NCBI RefSeq assembly: GCF_006345805.1
Contig: NC_043016.1
Location: forward strand, 28,706,001 to 28,770,000
Direction of reading: 5' to 3'
Source of the DNA: Octopus sinensis
Lineage: Eukaryota
Length of the DNA stretch: 64,000 bases
The notes under the pieces were generated by a model. It saw nothing but the letters and a program-made list of their open reading frames with translations. It ran no database searches and had not been told where the DNA came from. Position 1 is the first letter of the stretch, and every line of letters starts with the position of its first letter. A program made the position numbers and the translations under genes. Shown piece after piece: positions 1 through 13,966 of this stretch.

Positions 1-61
1 TATGCTATTGTGATATATGCTGTGGTTGTTGTCGCAATTGTTTTTATTTTTATTTTTACAG

Positions 62-143
62 ATCAAATTGCCGTATTTGAATGAAACTTTGTCAGCTTTA
101 AAATGTGTCCAGATTGCTGGTGGATCAAAAAGTTTATTTTGTG
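62..143 (+). CDS. HERC2: HERC2 window exon 1 ([27 protein letters not shown])
   Basis: tttacag acceptor, gtgagt donor; start of RLD2. Confidence 0.92.
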
Positions 144-1958
144 GTGAGTTGTCTGATTTTTCCCTTAATATTAAACACAACTGGTCTCCATTACTAATCT
201 ACTTAATCAGTCTATGTTGTACCTCTACAGCAAGAAATCTGTTCTATTTTGGCTCCTACTTCCATAATTTGACCCCCCTCATTACCAAATACTAAGCTAC
301 TTTCCTCTCCATTCAGTCAGGGGAGGGGGATTGGTTTTGCAAGCTAAATGGTGACCACACTATTGCCAGTGTCATGAAGAAAGTATCCAGTACAGCCTGT
401 AAAGTGGTTGCTGTTAGGAAGGATATTCAGACATGGAAACCATGCCAAAGCAAACATTTGAGATCACTGCAGTCTTTGGACCTGTTTGATTCTGTCAGAT
501 TATCCAACCTAGACAATCATAGAACACAACTTATTAAATGATCATGGTGATGATGATGATGATAATGTACATTATTGGTTTACAATTTCATTTTGAAGAA
601 GTTATGCATTTTTCTTATGACTAAGGATCTTGTACATGGTCACTGAATATGCTAGAAATAGCAGACAAATCTTCAATTCTCCACCTCAGTCTTATAAGAA
701 AGGGATACCTATAATGTAGTCCAAGATACACTATGTTTGAAAAACAGACTAGATGACCATGAGAAGAATGTCTCTGATCATTGACCTACTGGAATCAGAG
801 TTAAATCAGTTTTTGTAAGAACTATAATAACATCAATGAAGGCCTTCAGTTGAAAATAATTTAGCAAGCTGGATAATTTATCAGTGATTTCATCTGTACG
901 GAAAGTTTATCTTCATGCTTGTTTGATTGGTCAACAACAACAGCATCTTCTATCTTGTAGAAACTGTATAACTGTATCATCATCATCATCATTTAATGTC
1001 CACTTTCCATGCTAGCATGGGTTGGATGATTTGACTGAGGTCTGGCAAACCAGATGGCTGCATCAGGCTCCAATCTGATCTGGCAGAGTTTCTACAGCTG
1101 GAGGCCCTTCCTAATGCTAACCACTCCAAGAGTGTAGTGGGTGCTTTTGCGTGCCACCAACATGAGGGCCAGTCAGGTGGTACTGGCAACGGCCATGCTC
1201 AAATGGTGCTGTTTATGTGCCACCTGCACATGAGCCAGTCCAGTGGCACTGGCAACGACTTCGCTCAAATGTCTTTTCATGTATCACCAGCACAGGTGCC
1301 AGCAAGGCAACGCAGGTAACAATCACGCTTGAATGGTGCTTTTTACGTGCCACCGGCACGGAAGCCAGTTAGCTGCTCTGGCAACAATCACGATCAGATG
1401 GTACTCTTAGCGCTCCACTAGCACAGATGCCATCATCGAATTTGATTTCGACTTCGATATTTTTGCGATATTCTGCTGGTTTCATGAAGGTGGGTTCTGC
1501 TCACAGCTGTATTAAAAGAGGCTTCAGGTTGAGAACAGTCTATAGATTTAAAATAAATTTTCTATTATCTTTGTTTTTCTTTGTTTTTTTTTTTTGCTTC
1601 AAATATTTTCTTAACATCCAATTTCAGTTACCCAAGAAGGAAAGGTCTATGTGTGTGGTGAAGCTACCAATGGGCGGCTTGGATTAGGAGTCACATGTGG
1701 CAGTGTTCCTACCCCAACTCTTGTAGGGGCACTCAGCCAATATGTCATAAAAAAGGTTGCTGTTCATTCAGGTACTATTATGCTTGCAGCTTTTATAACT
1801 TTTTATTTCTCTCTCTCTCTCTCTCTTTCACATTTCTTTTTCTCTCTTTTCTCTTTCTTTGTCTCTTTTTTTTTACACTGATAGCATCAATGACATATGA
1901 ACAACACATACACTTTTACACAGCATTTATACATGGGCACACACATGCACTCTCTTGC

Positions 1959-1989
<31 letters not shown>

Positions 1990-4900
1990 TACACACACAC
2001 TTTCTCTCTCTCTCTCTAAAATACATTTTATGTTTAATGTGAAAGAAATATTGGGGTTTTTTCCTAGAACTGATAACAAAAATTGTATTTTTCTGAATAA
2101 TTATTTAATTACAAACCGCATTTACATTTCCTCTTTATCAATTATATTCGTCACCATTTAGTTTTCGTTTTATTATCTATTTTATTTTTATAATATTTTA
2201 TCATATTTTCTTCTTGTTTTCTCTTGTCAAAGGTGGGCGACATGCATTAGCTCTAACTGTTGATGGTAAAGTATTTTCTTGGGGTGAAGGAGATGATGGA
2301 AAACTTGGACATGGAAATAGATCGTAAGTTTTTAAGTATATTAATGAATTTGACAATTCTTTGTACTTTATGTTGGTACTTTACATTTTGTTCTGTAATT
2401 ATAGTTTAACCCTTTAGCATTCTGATTACTCTGTCAAATGCTATGCTTATTTATTCACACTGTTTTGAATTAATCATAAATTATCTCATAGCCTTGAGAT
2501 TTTGATGATGTGATTATTTTTAGAATGACATTTCAGAGGTGTGAGAGGCAGGATCTGGTCAGTTTGAACCTAAAACAAATAGAATATTTGAGCCAGGAAT
2601 GGTTTAAATACTAAAGGGTTAAAATAAAAAAAAAAAAAGCCTGTGGTTGCATTGAACTGAGTAACAAGTCAAGGATTGCCACCCAAAAAAATGAATGGCT
2701 ATTCTGACAGGCTCTCGCAATTTCTGTCTACAAATGCCACTTACAAGGGATTAGCTAACCTGAAGTTATAGTAAAGATACTTGGCCAGGGTGCCACACAG
2801 TAGAATCAACCCTTTAGCATTCAGGTTACTGTGTCAAATTTGACGCTTATTTATCCACATTGTTTTGCATTAATCATGCATTATCTTGTAGCTTTAAGAT
2901 TTTGATGAAGTGATTGTATATTTCTAGAATGTCATTGTAGGGTAGGTGTGTAAGGCTGGATCTGGCCAGTTTGAACATGAAACATGTGGAATATTTGGGC
3001 TGGATGTGACTGGTTTGAATGCTAAAGGGTTAAAATCAATGAAAGGCGATGAGGTGGCACTAAGCTGAGCAACACATCAAGGCTTTCACCCCACAAAAAT
3101 GAATGGCCATTCTGACAGATTCTCACAGTTTCTGTCTACAAATGCCACTTACAAGAGATTGGCTAATCTGAGATTATAGTAGAGACATTTGCTCAAGGTA
3201 CCTTACAGTAGGATCAACCCTTTAACAGTCAGATTACTTAGTCAAATGTAATGCTTATTTATCCATATTGTTTTCAAGTAATCCTGTTTTATCTTGTAGC
3301 TTTGAGATTTCAATGATGTGATTGTTTAGTTTTAGAATGACATTATAGGGTTTGATGTGAGAGATTTGATCTGGCTAATTTGAACAAAAAAAAAAACAGT
3401 TGGATATTTGAGCTGGTTTTATGCTGGTTTAACTCGTTAGCATTCAGATTCCTCTGTCAAATGTAATTCTTATTTATTCACATTGTTTTGAATTAATCAC
3501 GCATTATCTCATAGCTTTGAGATATTGAATCATATGATTGTAATTTTTTACAATGACACTGTAGGGTAGGTGTGAGAGGCCAGATCTGGCTGGTCTTGAA
3601 CACAAAACAGCTAGAATATTTGAGCTATTTATGGCTAATGTAAATGCTAAAGGGCTAAGTCCATCAGTGGAAATAAAACAATGATATGTTAGCTAGTTTG
3701 ACAATTCGGTTTATGCATTACATTATATATTTCATTACTGTTTCATTATTAATTATTATAGCATGTTATATCATTTTAATATGCGATAGTATATAATATT
3801 ATATTAGTTTGTGTTAGTGTATTATATTATATCAGTGTGTAAATAATGTATAATATTATATTAGTACATAATATTATTATATATTATTACATTCTGGTGT
3901 CATGCAACCGACACCTGTGCCAGTGGCATGTAAAAGCACCCATGACACTCTTGGAAGGGTTGGCTGTAGGAAGGGCATCCAGTCAAAGAAACCACACCAA
4001 ATTAGAGTGGAGTCTGGTGCAGCTCCCTCAGCTTACCAGCCCTGGTTAAACTATCCAACCCATGCCAGCATGGACATTAGATGTTAAATTGATAGTGATG
4101 ATGATGAAGAATATATTAGCATATAAATTATTAGTGTATTAAATTATATTGTTTCATCATATCCACAGCCACTGTGAATTATTGTGATTCCACAAAAAAA
4201 GCATTGCTAGCTTATTTTGACAAGAATGCACATGCATGTGCACACAAACACACACGCATACACACATCATCATCATCATCATCATCCTTTAATGTTCATT
4301 TTCCATGCTGGCATGAGACGGATGGTTGGAGCAGAGTTGGCAAACAGAAGAGCTGCATCAGGCTTCAGCTTGACTTTGTTTCTATGGCTGGATGCCGCCT
4401 TTCCTAACACCAGTCACTATCCAGTGTGTGTTGGGTGCTTTCTACACAGCACTGGCACATCTACAATTTTTCCAAATGGGGGGAAAATGTAACTTTAATT
4501 ATAACATTTAAGCCTTTAGAGTTTTTGTTGTTTTTTTTTTAATAAAAAAGAATTCAAATAAATAAAAAGCAATTCATCTTTAATTTTTTTTTTTTTTTTT
4601 AATATTTTTCAGCCGCTGTAATAGACTTCGACTTGTGCTGGCTTTGAAGTCCAAACGTGTACGAGATATTGCTTGCGGCAGTTCCCACAGTGCCGCAATT
4701 ATTTCCAATGGAGATCTTTACACCTGGGGTCTTGGAGAGTATGGTAGACTGGGGCATGGAGATACAACCACTCAACTCAAACCAAAGCAGGTTAATTATT
4801 CCTTATATTCAAACTTATTGTGATATTTAGAAGAGTCCTATTTTGCCAATGGTATTATCATTGTTGTTGTTGGTGGTGGTGGTAAGAATAAAATAGTGAT

Positions 4901-6647
4901 AATGAAGTTTTGATGGTATTGAATTGTTAGAGTACTGGATTAAATGCTTTGTGTCATTCGGTCCAGCTCTTTATGTTTTGTGCTCAATCCTGTGAGGATT
5001 AAAAGATTAAAACAAGAGTTGATAAAATAAATCCATACAAATCAAATACCAATGTAGACACAGTTGACCAATATCACTCCTAAATTTTCAGCCTTTTTGT
5101 CTGTAAAAGAAATTATTATAATTATTATCATCATTAATAATAATAAAGACAATAATAATCCTTTCTATTATAGGCACAAGGCCTGAAATTTGGTGAGAGG
5201 GGACTAGTCAATTACATTGATCCCAGTGTTTCACTGGTATTTAATTTATCAACCCCGAAAGGATGAAAGGCAAAGTCGACCTTGGCAAAATTTGAACTCA
5301 GAACATAGCAGCAGATGAAATACCACTAAGCATTTCACCTAGCATGCTAATGGTTCTGCCAGCTCACCGCCTTAATAATGTGGTAAGCTGTCAGAATCAT
5401 TAACTCATCAGACAAATAGCTTAACAGCATCTCTTCCAGCAGTCTATGTTCTGAGTTCAAATGCTGCTTAGATTGACTTTGCCTTTCTTCCTTTCAGGAT
5501 CACTGCTGGAACCTTTCTTTCCTTTCAGCAAACCATAATAGGAAAATTAGAACCCCACTACCACCACCATCACCAAAAAAAAAGCATAAATAGTATTGCT
5601 GATATAATTGTTTATGGTAGGAGTACAAGATATTCATGATTAGTTTTATCTCTCATATCTGTTAATAATTCAGAACTAAAATATCAGAACTATCAAATAT
5701 TTATCATTTTCTTTTCGTTCCCCCACCTTTTAAATAGCTAATATTTATTTATTTTCTAAGTTGGTGAGCCAGCAGAATCGTTAGTACAACAGGCAAAATA
5801 CTCAGCAGCATTTCATCTGCTCTGAGATGAAATGTCTCTGAGGTTGACTTTGCCTTTCATCCTTTCAAGATTGATAAAATAAGTACCAGTTGAGTACTGG
5901 GGTTGATGTGATCGACTTACTCCCCCCCCCCCCAAATTACTGGCTCCAAAACTTGAATCCAATATTTGTTTATTTCCTGAAATATAATCTCTGAGTATGT
6001 CCTCATATAGTCTTTCTGTTTACAGGTTATGGCTCTTGTTGGCCAAAGGGTTAAGCAAGTTGCCTGTGGAAGTCGTGATGCCCAGACACTTGCCTTGACT
6101 GACGAAGGACTTGTTTATTCTTGGGGTGATGGAGATTTCGGTAAATTAGGTCGTGGAGGGAGTGAAGGCTGCAGTGTTCCACATGTCATTGATCGCCTAA
6201 CAAATCTCAATGTCTGTCAAATTGAATGTGGAGCTCAATTTTCTCTGGCTCTCACAAAATCTGGTGGAGTTTGGACATGGTAAGTATATTTGTTGATTTG
6301 TTTCATTTTATCTGTGTATACTATATTGATAGTATATTGACATGTTGACTAAACTTACCCATTCAAATTTAGATATACTCTTTTATCAAAATATACTTTA
6401 TATATATATATATATGCCGTCTGCCAGCCTCGTCTGGCACCTGTGTCGGTGGCACATAAAATCACCCACTACACTCTCGGAGTGGTTGGCGTTAGGAAGG
6501 GCATCCAGCTGTAGAAACACTGCCAGATCTGACTGGCCTGGTGCAGCCTTCGGGCTTGCCAGACCCCAGTTGAACCGTCCAACCCATGCTAGCATGAAAA
6601 GCGGACGTTAAACGATGATGATGATGATGATGTTTTAAAAATATATG

Positions 6648-6679
<32 letters not shown>

Positions 6680-9600
6680 TCATCATCATCATCTTTGATT
6701 AACATCTGTTTTCCATGCTGGCATGGGTTGGACAGTTTGACTGAGGACTGTTAAGTATGGAGGCTGTGCTGGACTCCAGTCTGTTTGGGCAAGGTTTCTA
6801 CAGCTGGATGTCCTTCCTAATGCCAATCACTCTGAGAGTGTAATGGGTGCTTTTTACATGCCACCGATATGGAGGCCATCAGAGGCGGTACTAGCAATGA
6901 CCATGCTCGAATGGTGCTTTTTACGTGCCACCAGCATGGGAGCCAGTCAGGCAGCCCTGGCATTGACCACATTCGAATGGTGCTAGTGTCCATTTTCCAT
7001 GCTGGCATGGGTTAGATGGTTGGACTAGGTTTGGTAATTTGGATAGTCTGATTTGGCTTGGTTTCCATGGCTTGATGCCCTTCCTAATACCAACCATTCC
7101 AAGAGTGTAGTGGGTGCCTTTTATATATTACCAGCACTGACCACAACTATGATTTCACTTGGCTTGCCAAAGGTCTCAACCGCTTGTCATCACCTCTGTG
7201 AGACTCAACATCCAAAGATCACATTTCACCAGCTCATCCAATATCAGACCAGTTTGCGAAAAAGAGCATTCTGCTCAGAAATACAGCTGTAAATTTAACT
7301 TAATCATTTTCAGATATAATCTAATACATAAGTCTTTATCAAGTTGCATGTTTTTACTTTGTAAACAGATTTTGTCAACAAGATGACAAGTTTTGTTAAT
7401 GTAATAATTGTATTTTCTTACAGGGGTAAGGGAGACTACTTCCGATTGGGTCATGGAACAGATACTCACATTAGAAAGCCTAAATGCGTTGAAGGCCTGA
7501 AAGGGAAAAAAATTGTACATGTTGCTGTTGGGGCCTTACACTGTTTAGCTGTCACCGATACGGGACAGGTGAGTTAATTTGGTCTTTTAATTTGATCCAG
7601 ACTAACCTGAGTTTACCCTTTAGCATTTAAACCAGCTATATCCACCCAGAATATTCTACCCGTTTTAAGTTCAAACTAGCCAGATCAAACCTCTCACACC
7701 TATCCTACAATGTCATTCTAAAAGTAAACAATGACATCATTTGAAATCATGAAGCTATGAGATAATGCATGATTAATTCAAAACAATGTGAATAAATTAG
7801 CATTGCATTTGACAGAATAATCTAAATGCTAAAGAGCTAGACAACAACAAACGCATATCTCATGATCAAAGATATTGCTTTTGTGATCAACTTGTCTTTA
7901 TTTGGTGGGTATAGTGTATCCGAGATTATGTAATCCAGTGTGTACTTCTATTTTAAGATGGAAGCATGTAATTCAAGTGAGATTTTACATTTATTTCTAT
8001 AAGATTGATTGACCACCTAGAAGTTGCCTCTTCGCTTTGTGTAGCAGTCTGTTTTGGCTTAGTTTCTATGGGTGGATGGCCTCCTTGCACCAACTACTCC
8101 ACAGAGTGTACTATTCCGCAATATATTTATATATATATATGGGAAGAACTCACAAAAAAAAACAAAAAGATGAAGACAGGTGGTGTAGACAACGAACAGA
8201 TGTATTGGTATAACGCTCAGGAAGTGAAAAAGTTTTTAACGTTTCGAGCCTCCGCTCTTCCACAGAAAGGAGCACAGAAAGAAACAAGGAGAGAAAATAA
8301 AGAATATGTAGTGGCTAGCGATACAAGCACAGTTCCAGCTCAGTCTTGATCCAGCTGTGGCCATCCACATTTTTAATATCTACAGTTGTGTTACCAAATG
8401 TATCAGTTCTGTTTTTTATTGTTTTTTTAAGATGGTAGGATATAATATAGAAATGCATTTCTGCTATTGCTGACAACACAACTATTCATATAGAAAATTC
8501 ATCCACTCAAATTTGAACACAAATTGTTTAAGCAGATACCTTTTGTTAAGGGCATAAGTGTCCCTGACAAGTTACTTGACCACAAAGGTGGAAAGGTTCA
8601 AATTACTTGCTGGATGACAATCACATATAGGTCTGGCCATAGCTATAGATATGTATGCTTATAATTCACCCTTCTTCTTTCTAGAATATGTACCATGATA
8701 ATCATAACTAACCAATCAATAATCTTGACTAAAAATTTTTGTTTTTATCATAAATGTATTAATAGGTTTCTGCTTATTTAGTTTCCAGTTATTAATTTGT
8801 TTATAATAGAATTTTAATGTATTCAAGTCTTGAAATATAATTGAAGATGATAACAAAGAATCTTTAAATAATATTTCAGGTTTATGCATGGGGAGATAAT
8901 GACCATGGACAGCAAGGAAATGGAACCACCACTGTCAATAGAAAACCAGCTCTCGTTCACGGACTGGAAAGTTTCAAAATAACTAAAGTTGCATGTGGTT
9001 CTTCTCATAGCATTGCATGGGCAACCACAGATCTTGCTGCACCAACAACTCATGAACCTGTACTTTTTTCTGCTTCCCGAGATCCTCTTGGTTCTACACT
9101 CTTAGGTAAAACTGTTGAATTTAATTTTATTTTGATTTGATTTGTTTTGTAAAAAATAGGCGCAGGTATGGCTGTGTGGTAAGAAGCTTGCTTCCCGACC
9201 ACATGGTCCCGCGTTCAGTCCCACTGTGGCACCTTGGGCAAGTGTCTTCTACAATAGCCTCGGGCCAACCAAAGCCTTGTGCATGGATTTGGTTGATGAA
9301 ACTGAAAGACGCCTATCATGTGTGTGTGTGTCTTTGTATCTTTGTTAGTCCCCTACCACTACTTGACAACTGGTGTTGGTTTGTTTTTGCCCCCATAACT
9401 TAGCAGTTCAGCAAAAGGAGACTTCTAGAGTAAATACCAAGCTTTAAAAAAAGTGAGTACTGAGGTTGATTCATTCAATTAAAAGTTTTTCAAAGTGGTG
9501 CCCCAGCATGGCTGCTGTCTAATGACTGAAACAAATAAAAGATAATACAGTTCTATATTTAAGAGATGAGGAATTATGTGCATCATTTACATTACTTACA

Positions 9601-12600
9601 TTTGATGGATTTTTGTCCTCATCTTGTTTCATGTTAACACAATCTTTCGGCTGATATATTCGCCAGCCTTCATCAGGTGTTTTGAGGAAATTTCAAACCG
9701 GAGTTCTCATTCCTAAGGTATTTTTCAATATTATTCTTATTGTCTTAATTCAGGTCACTGCCTGGAATCAAACTCGGAATCTTGAGGTTAGTAGCGCATG
9801 CTCTTAAGCACTATGTCATATACCCGTGGACAATTATGGAGTGAATTTTAGGGCTTATAAATCTAATATTCTCCTATCCTTCCTTAATACCAGTTCCCAT
9901 ATGCTATTCATATCTGAACTCAGTCTGCTTAGGAGGTTGTTGTGTCCTAGCATATGTGCTGCTTCTTTTAGTTTTTGTATTGTCCAGTGGTGTTCTCTGT
10001 CTATTATTTTAACTTTATCTCACAGGGGGAGGTGGTCTCTATTTTTCCATATTAGATTTATAAGCCCTAAAATTCACTCCATAATTGCCTACAGGCATAT
10101 GGCATAAGATTCCAAGTTCAATTCCAAGCAGTGACCTGAATAATAATAACATTGAAAAATACCTTAGGAATGAGAACCCAGGTTCGAAATTTCCCCAAGG
10201 CTGGAGAGTATATCAGCTGAAATGTTGTTAACAGCAAACAAGGTGAAGAAAAATATCCATCAAATATAAATCATGTAAACAAGTAAAAGATAAATCATAA
10301 AAGATTTTATATGGGGTATTGATCAGATTGGAGCCTGGTTCAGCTTCCCAGCTTGCCAGTCCTCAGTCAAACTGTCCAGTCCATACCAGCATGGAAAGCA
10401 GATGTTAAACGATGATGATATTAGACTTAATCCATTGCTTACCATCATCTGAACCTTGTATGTTTTTAGTTGAATCCACTCTATGGAAAGCACTCAGTGA
10501 AGGCATCTAGTTTTAAGCATGTTTTCCTCCCTTCCTCCCTCAAGTTTTACTGGCCTTTTAATGGATTATGAACCCAACTCTTACCTCCTGACTAAGACTA
10601 ATAATAATAATGAGTATGATGATTCAAAGCTGGGTTATTTGCAAGGACTGAAGTGGAGTTTTGCCACAAGCCATGAATTGTGGTTTCTCTCATCCTCTCT
10701 TCCCACCAGTCTTAGAGGTTCTGCTGGGCATCATCATCATTGTTGCTGTTCTTGATTTAAAAAAAGACATAAGAACAGTAGTGAAACCATTTTCATTTTA
10801 TTGCTTAAAAACAAAAGCATTTGTTTTTGTACTTAAATCAATTAATATTTTTTTCCCCCTTTAATTAATTTCATACCAGGTTTAAATGAAGGAGTCAATG
10901 ATGAGATAACATCCTCAGTTATTCCTGCAACTACTACCAAACCGAAACGACCATCTTTGTCAAAGATCATTCTTTCTTTGGAATCTGATGCCAGTAAACA
11001 ACAAGCTTTGAACCATATACTCACTGCTCTACAGATCAAATACGCCAGGTGAGTGACTTCAGTGTTCACACCAAATTATGACTTCTTTATATATTTTTTT
11101 TATGTTTCTACTATCTATTTCTTCACAGCCCCTAGTGATCATTTTTCTCTGTCTCTTCTAAATGTGAGTAACTTTGCATCTCCTTTACAAAAACTTGCCC
11201 TACCCCCATTTCCTTCTTTCATACTACTTCTCACCCTGTGTGTATGTTTGTGTGTTACTGTCTCATTGCAACCTTATTAGTCCTGGTATAAAAAAAATAG
11301 GCACCCAGTCCATGCTGTAAAGTGGTTAGCATTAGAAAGGTCAGCCAGCTCTAGAAATGATGCCACAGCAGACATTGGGGTACAGTGTGGTCCTTGGACC
11401 CATCTTTGTCAAACCATCCAACCTGTGCCAATATGGAACATGGACATTAAATGATGATGACGATGAGGAGTTTCCAATTTCAGAATCACTGATTATTCAT
11501 AAATATTTCTTTCTTTTATTATTCTTGCTTGCTATGCTCAAGATATCTTGTGCCTTGCTGTACCTAAGAAGACCTGTCCACCACAGCAGATTTGATATCC
11601 TGGTGGTGTTTTTTGCCTTGGAAATTACTTGGTGACCCTGCTGGTGCTGGTGCCACATGAAAAGCACCCGTGCCAGTGCCACATATAAAACACCTGTGCC
11701 AATGCCATGTAAAAAGCACCCAGTACACTCTGTAAAGTAGTGGAGGCACATGGCCTAGTGGTTAGAGCAGTGGACTCGCGGTTGAGAGGTCGCAGGTTCG
11801 AATCACAGACAGGGCGATGTGTGTGTTTATGAGTGAAACACCTAAGCTCCACGCAGCTCTGGCAGAAGGTAATGGCGAACTTCTGCTGACTCTTTCGCCA
11901 CAACTTTCTCTCACTCTTTCCTCCTGCATCTTGCAGCTCACCTGCGACAGACCAGCGTCCCATCCAGGTGGGGAACCTATACACTAAGGAAACCGGGAAA
12001 CCAGCTCTTATGAGCCAGGCATGGCTTGAGAAGGAACAAATAAAAACACTCTGTAAAGTGGTTGGCATTAGGAAGGGCATTCAGCTGTAGAAACTCTGCC
12101 AGAACAGACGATGAAGCCTGGTGCAGACCTCCAAGCTACCATCAAACCATCAAACTCATGCCAGCATGGAGAATGGACATTAAATGATGATGATGATGAT
12201 TTAATAACTTATATATTACAATATAATATTCATCATCATCATAATTATTAGGGTGGCAAATAGGCCGAACCATTAGCACACTGATTATTATTATTATCAT
12301 TATTATTATTAATAATAATAATAATAGTAAGGTGGCGAGCTGGCAGAATTGTTAGCGTGCTGGAGGAAATGCTTAGCAATAATTTGTCTGTCACTATGTT
12401 CTGAGTTCAAATTCTGCCGAAGTTGACTTTTGTCTTTTATCCTTTCGGAGTCAATGAGATAAGTACCTGTTGAACACGGGGGTCAATGTAATCAACCCAT
12501 CCCCTCTCTTGAAACTGTTAACCTTGTGCCAAAATTTGAAACCATCATTATTATTATTATTATTGGTGGTGGTGATACTGGTAATGGTGGTGGTGGTGGT

Positions 12601-13924
12601 GGTATTTACTGTTGTTGTTATACTTGTTGTAGAGATGCAATAGTTGGATCATTAATGAAAGAAGTTCAAGCCGTGAATCCCAGCAGTTGCCTGGAAAATC
12701 AACGTTCAGCTCAGTTTCACCAGTCCTCACCTGTCATGTTAGCATCAATTGGTACTACAGAAGAACTGGCACCAACTGTTCACTCTACTCCTACAATGGC
12801 AGCATTATCTGAACGAGATTCCACAGCAATGGTAGATTCCTCTCATTCAGACGTAAGTTTTTTTGTTTGTTTGTTTGTTTTTTGTTTGCTTTGTTTTTTT
12901 TTCCACTTTTATAAACTGATGCTGTTTCTTATAATACTAGATGATCCTAGGTACATCCACCCCTTACACAACCCTATCACTAATCCCTTCCGTCTCTCCT
13001 GATCACTGCCATACTCCCCCATCCTTTCTTCTTATATACCCTCCCTGATCACCCATTTAAAATCCTCACCCACTCTTCTATTCCTTCTCAATTAGAGGAA
13101 CCACTTCAGGCTCTTAGTTTTTATAATTTGTAAGGCTATCTTCACTAGTACTGTTGCCATGAAAAAAATTCACACTGTATTCAGTAAAGTGTAAAATGTT
13201 TGGTGTTAGGAATGGCACGAAGCTATAGAGACTATGCCAAAACAAACATTGGAGCATTGTGCAGTCCTTGTACTGTTCAATCCTGTCATACCATCCAGAA
13301 CATGCCAGCTAAGGAGATTGACATTAGATGATGGTGATGATACCTGTGCACGCACACGCTCACACACACATACACACACACACTCTTCGGCTTTGACTGT
13401 GTTCAATGAATGGAACCCACTAAATATTCCAGACAGTTGAACTTAGATAATTCTAAGATAGAACCAGCATGATGGCCATATATATTTGAATTGCATATAC
13501 AGTCCATTCAATAAACAAGCTTCTATAGAATTTCCATCTGTTCAGATTCTACTCTCAGTACTTAAGTTCATCTTGAGGCCATGGTAGAAAAACACTCTTC
13601 CAAGACTTTGTGGTTTGTGACTGAAATCCAGGAATAATGATCGTAAATTAAACCTTTTTAGAAACTCATTCTGTACCTATATGCATACTAAGACACACAC
13701 ATTTATATGTATGCACACACACACACAAACACTCACACATGTATTCAGACATATGTACAAATATTGAAACTTGGGATAGATACTTAGGAATTGAATGCTG
13801 GTCTATATCTTTATTTTTTGCTACTTTGTAATTAAATGTCTTTAATATATGTACATGTGTATACATACATATATATAAATGTGTATGCATATACATATAT
13901 ATATATATGTGTGTGTGTGGTGCA

Positions 13925-13966
<42 letters not shown>

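Noticed and set aside
11739-11815. tRNA gene (also 31329, 9159, 59281)
   Set aside because: A and B boxes are present, but no complete cloverleaf is evident and each continues into a SINE body.
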